Source: Paragordius varius (lineage: Eukaryota; Animalia; Nematomorpha). From it: 64,000 nucleotides of DNA. The stretch lies in assembly GCA_964247055.1 (NCBI GenBank), contig OZ176055.1, positions 4,340,001 through 4,404,000 of the forward strand. Reading direction: 5' to 3'. Positions 35,257 through 48,486 of this stretch are shown here, piece after piece. The position numbers and the translations under genes are program-made. The notes under the pieces are model-generated. The model was not told where the DNA came from and did not search any database. It saw only the letters and a program-made list of their open reading frames with translations. The number at the start of each line of letters is the position of its first letter. The stretch's first letter is position 1.

Positions 35257-37530
35257 TGTGTGTATATATAAAGAGGTGAAAAATGTCAATTATAGACACA
35301 TAACCGGTGATTAATCTCAATTATAAATTTACCTAATAATATTAATAATGATAAAAAATATAAATTATTTATAAACATCCCCGCATAATTTTCTCTTTCC
35401 TACTTAACAATAATCTTATTTTGTGTTGATATTCGATTTCAGGATTTAGAAAGATTTAAAGTAGAAAATAAATCTCTAATACCACCAATTTTTTCTTATT
35501 GAAAAACACAAATATAAATAAAATCAAAGGCAATACACACCAGTTAAAATCCTTAATGTTAATCTTTATCTATTTATAATGGTAAATGACGGATTGATTA
35601 TGTTTTGTAAATTTCGATTATCATTATATTATGGATTTTATCTATTTATCTACGAGTTTTAAATATTAAATTACATAAAGATCAATTCTAGGGATTATGT
35701 TTCTAGTGCTAACCGATATGATATAAAATTTAAAGCCAAATTTTTAAATTTTCTAGTTTGTTAATATATATATATATATATATTTAATTACCCCTATATT
35801 AAAGATGTCAGGACTGTTAACCTATCAGAAAGCTAAATTTTTAGATAAGCCGAATAAAAATTCGATAAAATTTGGCTAGAAGAAACATCATCTGTTATCG
35901 CTCCAAATAAAGCTAAAACTTTAACTATATGAACAAAACATTAGAATGGAAACTGTTTTTGTGGAACTGAGTTAAGACCCTAGGGTTTTTGAATCTGAAT
36001 CAAAAAAATTATGATCAAAATTATTTTTTTGTTTTTTTTAATTTATAAATATTTTTCATATGGTTTAGACAATTTATAAAAAATAAAGTTTTTAATACTT
36101 AGACAAGAGTGACAGGAAATGATAATTTGTTGAAATTTATAACTATGATATTTATTCGAAATACGCGAAATTATTTAGGCTCTATCATTTAGAACCCAAA
36201 TCAAAATAATTGCTATTTGGTTCATCATCGTTATATGAGATCTTTAGCCAGAATCAAAAAAATTGACCTATAACACGAAACTAAAAAAGTTTGTATTTCG
36301 ATCACTAAGAAAATACTAAAATATATAAATATGTTATCAAAACCATTTTTGTGGTTTTGAAAAACTAGTATTTCCAAAAAAGATAATTGATCTTAAGCTG
36401 AATTATGATACTTTTAGTAACAATGGATGCCATATTTTGTATGCGCTAGATCTTTTGATGATCCTTTTTTGAACGAAAAATCAACATCCACATTTAAAAT
36501 CATGATTTACTCGGCAAAGAGCTCAAAGCGTATTTGAATCATAAATCTTACATTATCCTTTAACATACATTATTTTAATTATTAAAAAAACTAAACCCTA
36601 ATGTTTTTACGCAATCACAGCTTTTGGTATCATCCTTAAAAATTTAAACGGAATCAGTCCGACTATATTCAATTTATGAAATTTAACCCTGATTTGCTTT
36701 TAACAAATATTTATGTATTTGTAGTTTTGGATAATTGAGATTACCATATGTTTTAATTTTTATTGCGCGATCTTTTGCAAATCTTAGAGGCAACGTCGTT
36801 TAAATTGTAAAATCTAATTTATAAAATTTTTAAACGTTAAAAATAAATTTGGCCTACATACAAAAGTATCAAAGGAATCATCCCATAAACTATGCAAAAA
36901 TTGTAATTTACATAATATCAAACTTAGGTTTTATAAGTTTTAGGAGAAATATATTTATTTCTTAAAAAGCATTATTTTTAGGTTTTTGGTTCAACCTGCC
37001 TTAAATGACTACTTACTTTTTGGTTTTTTATCAATAAAACATCATTTGAAGCATTTTCTAATTAGTAATTTTGCATCCCAATGAAAATCATATCTTTAAC
37101 TAACTTTTACCGATGATGCATTTTATAAATGGATACATATGGATTTTATTTGGGTTAAGTCAATATGAACTGCTTTTGAATGCTCTCTCGTTTATTTATT
37201 TAATAAGAACACCATATAACATTAAAATAATTAAAAAAAATCTTAAACTATAACTATTATGTTTCAAGGATAATTATAACCGAACATTCTCCTTACAAAG
37301 AAGCTTATTATTCAAAATTTGAGGTATCAAACAAAAAACTCTCTCATTCATCACCTTGTCTTAAACGCATTCAAAATATTTGCTGAGACTTTGATTTTAA
37401 ATTGAGATTTTTCATCATTCAAAAACAGATTTATTATGTGCACCATTAAAAACAAGTCATAAAACGTATTAAAGGGAAGTGTAATTTATCTCAAATAAAT
37501 TTTTAGTAGATTTTTATCGGCACCTTCAAT

Positions 37531-37760
37531 CAGAGGCGTAGCTTGCATTTCTGGCCCCCCGTGCATAAATCCGTGATGGCGCTCCCCTCTATGCAAACCC
37601 TTGCATTTAAAATAAATAATCGAATTTAAACCTGGGTTATTTTGTATTATTAAAAATATAACTCTTAAATACCTTTTTTTGAAATAAAATTAAAAAATTT
37701 CGAAATCCGGCGCCCTTCAACTATGGCGTCCTGTGAATGAGCCCCCTTTCCTTCCTGTGA
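37531..37760. mobile_element. hAT-like MITE remnant (CAGAGGCGTAGC end, GGCGCC subterminal motifs)
   Basis: GC-rich island beginning cagaggcgtagc, with ggccccc and ggcgcc motifs typical of hAT ends. The second end is not resolved. Confidence 0.35.
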
Positions 37761-39736
37761 TGCAAAAAAGCGATTGTTTTATTAAGGTAAGTTAGAAGCC
37801 CATCATGCAATTAAAGAATATAAAAAAAATGTATCGTTATCTAAGCAACACTAATACACACCGTATAACATAAAAACCTCTTTTTTAGGGAAAAAATTAA
37901 AAATATTTGCAAAGAAGAAATTAGGCCCCCGTTGGTAGTATTATATTGCTTCTTAAAGTAACCTATAATACTGCTACTGTTTCTCTCCTAAATTGATTTA
38001 ATTAAAAAAAATTGAATATTAACTTTAACTATTTTACCTGTTATGGAAGGGGATCAATCATAGGAATAATCTCTTCATATGTAATGAATCAATTATCTTA
38101 AAAAAAACTTAAAGATATTATTACCTCATCATTCGTTATGATAATAAAAAGGCATATTTTCAATCATTTTCGCAATTATCGTGCATAATTGTATTGAAAT
38201 ATTATGTTTGTTCAAGTGGATGTTATATATATATTTTCCTTACATTTAGGGAAAAAAATAAAGGAGGATAACAGGTAGAAACATCAGCAATTTTTCAACG
38301 ATACCCATATTATAAGAAAAAATCAAAATAAAAAATTATATAAAAAATACTCGTGGAGTTCAAAATTCGTGTAACAGAATAAATATTCATTATTTTTTTA
38401 ATAAATAAGTTAATAAAAGATGGATTTTCTTCATTTTTTTCCTTTAGTAAATTTAGTTATTTACTATTATCATTATTTAATTTATTTCTATCGATTATTT
38501 CTTTTGTCGCTTTGTCATTCATAGTTTAGCGTGTGTGGCATTCTATTTTGTCCACCCTGTGTTATATATATACATGTCCGCAAAACTAATTCTATATAAA
38601 ATGCTTCATACAATCGGAGTTTTTAATGTGCATAAATCAATTTTCACATCGTAACTGGGAAAATATAAGGGATAAAAAATTGCGGGTTTAAAGACAGTTT
38701 GATAAAATATCACATGAAAAATTAATAAATGTCCTGTTAAAATTCAAATTTTAGGATAGAGTATATGACCCTTGTTAAAGTTTGCAATATAGCGATGTGC
38801 TGTACGACTAAAACAAGGCTAAAATAATGTTTAAGAAAGTAATAAAATATTTTAGTAATTTGAATATACTCTTACGATAATTTACTTTTTTTCTCCAAAA
38901 GGTTAGAACCAACTTATTTGTTTATAGATAAGTTTAAATATTAGTTGTACCTCTTATGCAGAAACTTATTTTTCAAAACTACATTGTCTCTAAATAAACT
39001 TTAAAATTAATTAAATATATTTTTACCAGTGTTATTAATTTGACCTAAAACCAATATTTATAATAAGTTAGTTAAACAAAAATCATTTTGTTGATTAAAT
39101 AATTTTATACTAATCTTGGTTAATGAAATGAATTAATCTCGAAAAATTATACAGGCGAAAATAGACATTCTACAAAAACTACTATAAAATTGAATCTAAA
39201 ATGGACAAATGAAGCTTAGGAATAAATAGAATAAATGATTAACTGAATACAGTGACACTAAACTAATTTGATAAATTTAATAAATTAGGCTGTAAATTTA
39301 TTATAAGTATATTGAGTTGTTTAGAGCCATAAATATATGTATTATAAGATTTGTGGAATAATATGAGTTTATATTAACACAAAAATATATAATTTCTAAT
39401 ATAATTTGAGCATATTCTACAATTTGACTAATGTAATACATATACAAAAAGTACAAAAGAGTAATTTTTTTATATATGGTGAGCATTTCAACACACACGA
39501 AATTTTTGATACAAATCATTCATTTAACAGGATCCGTTGCATTTTTCGTCTAATATCTGGGATATATTTAAGTTTTTGAGCAAATTTAACCGGTAACGAT
39601 TTCGAATTATCCAACCGTTTGAGATCAGTATAAAAGGATACATAGCTAAAACATCACATAATTTTTATAATACAAAGGTATAAAAACTGATTTATATGAA
39701 GTTTCCTTCAATTTAAATTATTAAAACTTTAAACTC

Positions 39737-42700
39737 TTACCAAATTTCATGTGTAGCAAACAACTTTGTAAAAAAATAAAACCTTTGATCACAATCTTCT
39801 ATGTTTTGTGATTGGGCGAAAGGCTTATTAGCAGGCGCGATACATTTTATATGGTCGCCACTAGTTGTGCTACCGTTTTCCCAAGGATCTATTATCATTT
39901 GTAAGTCGTCGATAAATTTGATAGTCACCTATATCAGAATGAATAATCACTGTAAATTTACGTTTTATTAAATATTTTCCCACTTTAATTAGCATATAAA
40001 AGTTAGATTTGATATTAGAATAGATTAGAGCAAGGATTCTCTTCTTGACTTATTTATAGGTATAAGAAGTTCCACTTTGTTTTCATAAAAAATTCAACTA
40101 CATAACTCAACTAGTTGGAAATTATGAAAAATGACAAAATTTATTTACTTTTTTCGTGGTATCATCATAAAGACACCAACACAAACCAGGTATGTTACAA
40201 GAAATCAGATTATCATCTGAATTTTTTGCATTTTTGACATACTGAGCCCTGGACTTTTGAGATTTTTCTAAACTAATGATGGATCTTATATGGGTAGGAG
40301 CTAAAATGTTTTCATTGAGTCTGTTATGTTGAAAACGGTCATTCGTAATATTTCGATTCCCTAAATAGATAATATAATTAAATTAAATATGTGCATCCGC
40401 ATAAATGGGTATTTTAACTGTTAGATTAATGGTTTGAATGTTGAAATTCACCCTAATTCTTTGGACCTGTGAATCATGTGATATATACAAGGGAGAACAT
40501 TTTCAATAGGGCAAAAAATATAAAATTAACATTATACAAAATATGTAACCTTTAAGGCCATTTAACTTCCTATCAATTTGGATGGTTAAGTCTGTTGGTG
40601 CTTTCTTTAAATTTGTAAACCTTTTACGATCTAAGGATTGAGATCGTTTAGCCAAAGATTTGAAATCATTGATAAGGCGAGGAGAACTATCATTCAAGAA
40701 ACTATCGTCAAGGGACCCAATTACACTTACCTTTGAGGGGTGTTTCCATGGGATCGAAAGCTTAAAAATATAAGTGAATGAAATAATTAAAAATGTCCCG
40801 AAAATATAAAATGTCCAATTACTCTTAATCATTTTTAGAGAAAAATTATCCCCAAAATACAACCTAAAATTCTGAAAGTGTAGTTTATAAATAGGTCGGT
40901 ATTCAAAAATTTCACAACATTTTGAAATCCATTGGTTTGATTTTATAAAAGATGACGTAACATTTTCAATCTTGTCAAAAAATTTGAATTCATCCTTACT
41001 TCATTATGCTTGTCCCGTGTGTTCATGTATTCTTTTTTTGTTGAAATAATGTTATTCGATTGACACGCATTGATATTAAAATCATCATGAACGCTAGTTT
41101 TATCTTTTAAATGTGCAAATTGTTTATTGTTTGTATTAAGAGATGTAACAAGGGTTGGCTTTAAGCCTAAAACGATTGGGAATGGAGAAAACATAAATGT
41201 TTCATTATCCTTCATCATAATAGTTTTGGGTGAATTGGAATTGATTGTGGTGGACATAAAACTGCCTTCACTTGGGGATAATGTTGTCCCGTTTAACATA
41301 TGTAATTGTTGTTCACTTAAACATTTTTGTACACTCAATACATATTTGTGTGCCATCGCTATATGTTGCAACTCTGCATATAAATGTATATAGATTAAGC
41401 AAAAGATGTATACGCATTTCCAGATAATACGCAACATTTATCTCAGGAAATAGAGATAATAACTAAAATAAGGCTATTAAAGATTATTATTTATCTAAAA
41501 CGGAGAATCGCATGCCAATTACATATAATTCTGATTACATTTTATTAATAACTAGATGATACTTAAGGGATTAAAAACGAGTCCTTGTTTAGTTCGCAAA
41601 TCAAAAATGAATTAATCATAATGAATAAGAACATGGTTCAGTATAGATTTTAGCTTATAATCTCAAAAATCACCAATTCAATAACTATTAAAAATATTTA
41701 CCTAATAAATTTTCACTCCCTCTTGTATTATATGACCCATTTTTGGAAACATCTGACATTTCCGATTTGTGATCCAAAATTAGAATACTTTGTAAGAATT
41801 TATCCGTTATATCACTACACCGCGTTGATGATTGAATTTTTACGCCTTTGGACATGATGTAATTTGGTTTTGAAGTTTGACCCATTAAATTATTCTCAAA
41901 AAGCTTAACTTGCAGAGATTGGCTATTTTTCTCGTTTTTCATATTGTTGGTGGTTATAAGAATGCGTTTCGACCCTTAAATTAATAATTATCATTTTTTG
42001 ATTAATAATTATAATATATTTTTTATTAAAGGTAATGGTTAGATTTAAATAGAGTTTACAGTCAATAAAATGCATTTTCACTTTTGAATAATGTTTCTCA
42101 AGAAATGTGTTTATAAATACAAAGCTAAACTCAAAACAAACCCAAAACATTTCAGATTGTAGAAAAAAATAAAAATACCGTCATAAAATTGTGTCGTAAA
42201 ATCTTGCGGCATATTCTCCATAAGTTGATGTTTAGCGTCCGGTCCATACAAAGTAATTTTAGGCGTTTTTGATTTAATCAGTTCTACAAATCTAATATTG
42301 ATACAATAAAAGTTAATTTATACACAAAATGTAAGAATTAAATGACAAATTAAAGTTACAACCATATTTTTAAAACCAAAATAAGTTATGGAGATGATGT
42401 TTCATAATCATAATCATTTAGGTTAAAAGAATCATTTTGTTTTACAAAAAAAATATTTGACTTTTAGTTGCTACATTGTCTCTTTTATTTAAATTTTACT
42501 GTATAGTATAAAGCTTCACACATATTGGGGCAACATATAAATATAAATTTATCTCAAAATGTGTAAACTACTTGTAAGCCAATTCATATTTCTTCCAATA
42601 CGTACGTGGTAAAGTATCCAAGGTATATTCTAAAATCTTTTCATTAACACACGCAGAAATGGGTGATTGAATATGATAATTTTTACCATACATATCATTT

Positions 42701-45700
42701 GTGTCAGAGTTCAAAAAACTAGCGTAATCAAAATCACCATGGTTATTTTTATATCTATGCGCTTGTTCACTTTCATTTTTTAAATGAGATATTTTAATAG
42801 ATGATGTACCATCGCCTGATATAAGCATTACTTTGTATGGTATATTAGAGACAATGTTTTTCGCATCCTGACGACCGTTTTTGTTGGCAGCAGATGAAAT
42901 CATAAAAGATTGATTATTTTCATCATAAACTCCCTTATAAAATTCGAGTTGGACTGAACCATCCATCAAAATCGATAACTAAAATATACAATGTTTTCAG
43001 TTTCTTCCAATTTTTTTCCATTAAATAAATGAAAGGATATGTAATAATGTTTTTCTATTTACTTTTGACAGTTTTTATAGTATTTTTGAATAAATTTAAT
43101 TAATGCTGAAATATAATATTATTACAGTCATGTATCCTTTGTTTTATCTAAAATTTATTTTTTTTCGTTAAATGGGTATAAATATTTGGTAAAGAATGGA
43201 AAAAACAAGAGCTATATGGTATTCTTATAATTTTTTGATAAAATATGATATTGTTAATACCTTAGAGCTCTTGTTTTTTTATTCTTTACCAAATATTTAT
43301 ACTCATTTAACAAAAATAAATAAATTTTTGATAAAATAAAGGATACATGACTGTATATATTAAAATTATATAAAAAATTTTCGGGAAAATAATATAAAAT
43401 TATATAATTGTTTACATAGGTATTTTTGTTCCTTTGGCGAATAGGTTTAAGCCGCGTTGTGTTTAAGGGTGTAAGTTTAGAATGGTGATTTTGTCGAGAA
43501 AGATTAATTTCTTTTTTAGCAGTTGAGGTTAATACGTTGGAACAAGTGAGTTTAGAGAAGTCAGTGTCAAAATCGTTCCTTAATACTAAACTTTTATCAA
43601 GATCTAATAATATATAGAAGTATAAATATGTGATTGGTAAATGTGAATATAAGATTCATAAGTGTGTGATTTTGTTAGATAGTCTATGATTTAGAAATTA
43701 TATATAAATATACCATATAGTTGAGATTTAAAGGATGACAGAAAGTTGTTTGTTTTAATTTCTACATTTCGACCGTATCCACTATCCTCTTTATAATGAG
43801 ATCCATAACTAAAGAAATATAAAATACATGCAGGGAAAATATACATATGGTTAATAAACATCTTACAAATACATGTAAATTAAAAAACTTATTGATTTTA
43901 GAAATACAGTCATACTTACTTTTTTAAATTTTAGTTTATTATTAGAATGAAAATATGTAATCGATTCTAATATTAATTTATATATCTATTTTTAATTCAT
44001 ATCTGTAATCATTTTAGTTAGATAAAAAGGTACAAGCATATGGCGGTTTTTCCTAAAAAAGTATTTGTCTATTTATCTTTAAAATTTAAACCTATAATTC
44101 TAAATTTATAGTTAAATATATTACCTAGCAGACATTTCATTCAAATACGATTGTATAAATGATCCCATACAATTATTCACTCTGCCTTGATTAAACTGAG
44201 ATAAGTTAGGTTCCTTTTTAAAATTTTTTTGGTTGCTGTAAAGCCCTTGACCAGAGCCATAAGAATTTGTTTGAGATGATGCACCTGAAAAATGGCCAGA
44301 GTCTTTACGAGATATACTGCCATCAGAGGATAAGATTGGAGAAGTACTTTCTCCTTTAAATATTCCATCAACATTTTTTAGGCTTCTTGTGAGCTCGTTT
44401 TTGTTTTGATGTCCCTAAAAAACGTAATAGCCAGTGAATAATGTATAGAATAAGATTGGTTTTATATTTATTTGTAATTGTATTTTTTTGTTATGTAATA
44501 TATGTATAACATTATTTTTTCGTGGATTTAAAAAATAGTTTTAAAGAGAATCCACAAAAGTTTCCATATAAAAAAGTTTCAAAAAGGTTTATTTTTGATT
44601 TTTATATTGTTTATAATTAAAAACACCCAGACACTGATTGTGATGTGTAGGGTTTGCCAAACTTGGATTGTATTAAATTTATTATGGAAAAAAAGCGCCT
44701 AATTGCCAGCATGAATTAATTAGTTTAAAGACGCTAGCCATAAAAAACACCTTTTATAAAGAATGGCTACTGCTAATATAATCCGCCCCATTAAAATATA
44801 TAAATTGTTTTATATTTTAGAAATATTCCCCTTAAAGTATTAAATTACCATTCTAAAATCATGTTGATTATCCGAAATGTTTATGGGTCTTTTATCAGTG
44901 GAGGATACATTTGTTGCAAAATATTCTCCCACCTCATGGATCGTTGATAATTTAGATAATGTCTTTTCATTATTCGCAAAAATGTTATTATTTAGGACAT
45001 TATTTCCGTTATTCTGTAAAAAAGTTATATAAATTAGCATATTCTTTAAAGATGGATCCATTATATGCCATAAAAAATATATTTTATGTTATGGTATAAA
45101 AAAGTTTTTTTTATGTTTCTAATTAATGTTATTGAGATGTATCTTTTTTATAATTTTGGAGAAAAAATCGCAACTGATATCCTCGGTTAGCTCTATAAAT
45201 ATTAAAATCCAATTTTTTTTGCTATAATTAAGATAATTAGTAGCAAAAAATGGTTAATTTAATTATCATTTTTCGATTGTGGTAAAACATTGTTTTCAAA
45301 ATTTAGATACACCTTTTAAGGGCTTAAAATAGTCGTTAATGGTGAACATATCTTTGTGCGGAATTACCCATTTAAAGTTATTGCATTTTTATGCTTAACA
45401 ATACAGAAAACTAGGATGGCATCACTCATGATCAGCTTTTTTTTAAAAAACAGCGCCAATTAAAATTAATTAGCTCACACCCTTTACTATTCCAAAATTT
45501 TAAATAAGGCCCTATTTAAGGTTATAATCGTTTTTAAAGTTGAGAACAACTTAGAGACTTCATAGTGTGTGATTTTTTACCGTAGTAGTGACCCAAATTT
45601 TTTTTAATCCTTTTTTATATTTTTTTCCCAAAATCTATATAAGATTAATTAATATATATTATTTAATCAAAGATTTTAATTTTAGATAATTTTTAAAAAA

Positions 45701-47890
45701 AGGGTCATGATGCAGAAAACGACCCGTTTATATTCAAATCTATTATCGGGGAAAATGGGTCACTCTATGTATTAACCTAGATTGTTTGGGTTTAGAGGAA
45801 ACAATCATAGCCCCCATGGTGTTAGACAAATCATAAAGAATTTTTATACCGAAAAAAGCTTTTAAATTAACAACTTTAAAATAAAAATATAAAATTTAGT
45901 AATTACTTGATATAATTTGTTTGAAATGGAAAAATCTGATCTGTTTTTGGAAGTAGCTACGCTTTGTATCTTTAGAAAAGGGTGTTTTAAACCATCTAAA
46001 TTGGCAAAAAGTTTCGATAAATTTTAAAATTTATTAAAATTCAGAGTTAAAATTATAGAAGTTTAAACAGTTAAAAATATATTTTTTATTGGTAAAATGA
46101 TGGTTTTTAATTAACATTATAAAAACGAGAAATGATGCGTTTCAAATAATTAACTCTAACCTCTAGCAGTTATTCGTTTGTTTGGATCTGGTTGTAGGCA
46201 ATGAAGTATCAGGTTTTGCGCTGGAACACTCACATAACTATAATATTTAATAATACGAGTAAAAACGATATACGAAGAGTTTACCCAAAACAGTCACCAC
46301 CAATTACGAAAAGTTAAGCGCATATTTTTAATAACCCTTAAATTAATGGAGTAAAAAACGTAAAAATTTAAAGACAAATATTTTTACAAAGTCAGCTAAC
46401 CTAGGTTGCGATATATGGAATTGAGATGTATATGAATAACATTCATTGTATATTTCACAATTGTAACATCATTGGTATTATGAAAATTAACATTTATAAA
46501 AGTGTGGCTGCCTTTTCAAAAAATATTTTTCTTTTAGTTTTTGTGTTTTGTCTTAATTTTTACACCTTAAATCAAAACGTTTTTCTCTTTTCGTTAAACT
46601 AAATAAAATGTTTCAGGAAATAGCAAATGATTTGAATATGCCATATAAGATTAAAACAAATTAATGTAGAAACTTGGGAATAGTGAAATCGCCCTGAACT
46701 ATTCGGCTAAATGTCGTTTCCACACTATGGGTATCAAATGGGGGTTTCCCGCACACCAAAGTATAAAGAATGCAACCCAAACTCCATATATCCACGCCCA
46801 TTCCATGGGCCCGACTATTTACAGTTTCTCTGGAAAAGTAAATTGTTGAATATAAATATCCCTCATATAATATTTTTCCAATCATAATATTTTACAAATT
46901 TATTTTTATATGCCTTAATAGCGAAAAATATACTAAAAGTATTAAAAAATTGGTGAGTATAATGCAAATAATTTTTTCGTTCGAAAGCATTACAAATTAT
47001 AAATACAAATGGAATATATTTAATATAAATTGAAAAAAATAAGCATAAATAATTCAATGATGTTTTTAATAATATCATAAGGTTAGGATTATTTAAAAAT
47101 GATATATACATTATTATAAGTTTGGAATATTTTTTTCTCATATAAAACGAAATTAAATAGTGTCTTTTAATTTTATAAATTGATATTTTAATTTTGTTCA
47201 AAATAGATAAATAAAATTTTATTTATGCATCAACTAAAATATAAATAAAAAAAATGCGTACGGAGATATAAAGTTGGGTGTTCCGCACATTGTAAAATGC
47301 TTTTCATCTGGTTTTCGAAGCATGATAGAAAGCCCGAAATCAGCAATTTTCTTTAATATATATAAATTAAATATACTATGTTCAATGATTTGCTCAATAA
47401 AATATTTGATACAGTTAAATCACGGTGAATTATGGAATTTGAATGCAAATAGTCAACTCCCTCAAAAATTTGGCGCATAAATAATTTAGCTTGAGATTCA
47501 GAAATACCCTTATAATATTCTTTATGAGTTTCTATATATTGAGATAATTCTCCCGAATGGCATATTTCCAATGAAACATACACATAATTATCATCTTCAA
47601 AACATTCATAAAGCTATATTTATATATTTTTTTACTTTAACAATATTGATATGATTCAATTGAGATTGTATTTTAATTTCATTTTTGACTCTATCTACCA
47701 TATTTTTCGCCCGCATAATTTTTTTATTAATCTGTAATATAAAAAATTCAAAAACCATTTTAAGAGCAATGTCTTGTTGGTTCTTTCGATCAAATGATTT
47801 ATAAACAGTGGCAAAACTTCCTTTACCCAAAACATTAAATAGATCATAATCCTATGCAAATTATTTTTATAAAATTACCTTTAAGCTCAT
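39737..47890 (-). CDS. PLK4: Polo-like kinase 4 (SAK)
   Basis: 12-nt first exon (MSLK), then [17 protein letters not shown]...ALKM|[21 protein letters not shown]...[11 protein letters not shown]...KIADFGLS...[11 protein letters not shown]...[12 protein letters not shown]...PPFDT...HPFL. The DSGHFS degron is at 44286-44303. Polo-box-like exons follow, with a terminal exon at 39737-39928. Confidence 0.9.
43125..43353. mobile_element. TA-flanked palindromic MITE in a PLK4 intron
   Basis: ~100-bp inverted arms starting CAGTCATGTATCCTTT and ending AAAGGATACATGACTG, with TA at 43123-43124 and 43354-43355. Confidence 0.8.
43400..43800 (-). mobile_element. Possible Penelope-like element pLTR fragment with a decayed hammerhead motif
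   Basis: The minus strand reads TAAAGA-GGATAG-TGGATA-CGGTC-GAAA-TGTAG (~43762-43795), a degraded CUGAAGA/stem II/GAAA arrangement, followed by ORF-like debris. Confidence 0.3.
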
Positions 47891-48092
47891 GTCCACATTT
47901 CAAATGTAGCGGTTAGTGACCATATGGCTATACTATTGTTAGTATGCACTAATGATTCAAATGCAACTTGATATGACTTTTTCTGTAAAAAAATTTAAGG
48001 GCAATATCTCTGTTATAACAGTTGTTAAAATCCGTAATTAACGATAAAGGATAATTAAAGAATTAAATGAAATTATAAATAGAAATTATAAA

Positions 48093-48195
48093 CGATATGT
48101 GAAACCCTTCGTCAATAGTAATCGCAGACTAGTTTCGTGCTTGTTAGCACTCATCAGTACGACACAACTATTTGACTTGGGGTTTTCACATATCG
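48093..48195 (-). ncRNA. Minimal type I hammerhead ribozyme motif (intact core)
   Basis: Minus strand: ...UCGUA CUGAUGA GUGCU-AACA-AGCAC GAAA C-UA-GUC UGCGA... It has the catalytic core, a 5-bp stem II, a palindromic minimal stem III (ACUAGU), a GUC cleavage triplet (48129-48127), and stem I UCGUA/UGCGA extended by AUAGU/ACUAU, GUCA/UGAC and a 15-bp outer helix. Confidence 0.8.
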
Positions 48196-48383
48196 ATTTC
48201 GTATATATATCCAACTTTGCAATTTTGGTATAAATGCAGTTGGTTATACGAATTTAAATTAAGAGTTAATTTTCAGTTTATTTTCAAATTTTCAGTTTAA
48301 TTTTTATAAATTACATTAAATTTAATTTAAATTTGTATAACCAACTGATATCAAAATTGCAAAGTTGGATATATATACGAAAT

Positions 48384-48486
48384 CGATATGTGAAAACCCC
48401 AAGTCAAATAGTTGTGTCGTACTGATGAGTGCTAACAAGCACGAAACTAGGTTGCGATTACTATTGACGAAGGGTTTCACATATCG
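48384..48486 (+). ncRNA. Second hammerhead motif (mirror copy, cleavage triplet mutated)
   Basis: CTGATGA at 48422-48428, GTGCT-AACA-AGCAC, GAAAC-TA, then GGT (48450-48452) in place of GTC, which loses the invariant U16.1. Confidence 0.6.

Noticed and set aside
37040-37200. FHWDAKLL peptide suggesting a DNA transposase remnant
   Set aside because: A single short motif without ends or an extended reading frame; not enough to call a family.
46395-46415. aacctaggttgcgat resembles the 3' half of the plus-strand hammerhead
   Set aside because: No CUGANGA core or stem II upstream; a match this short is expected by chance.
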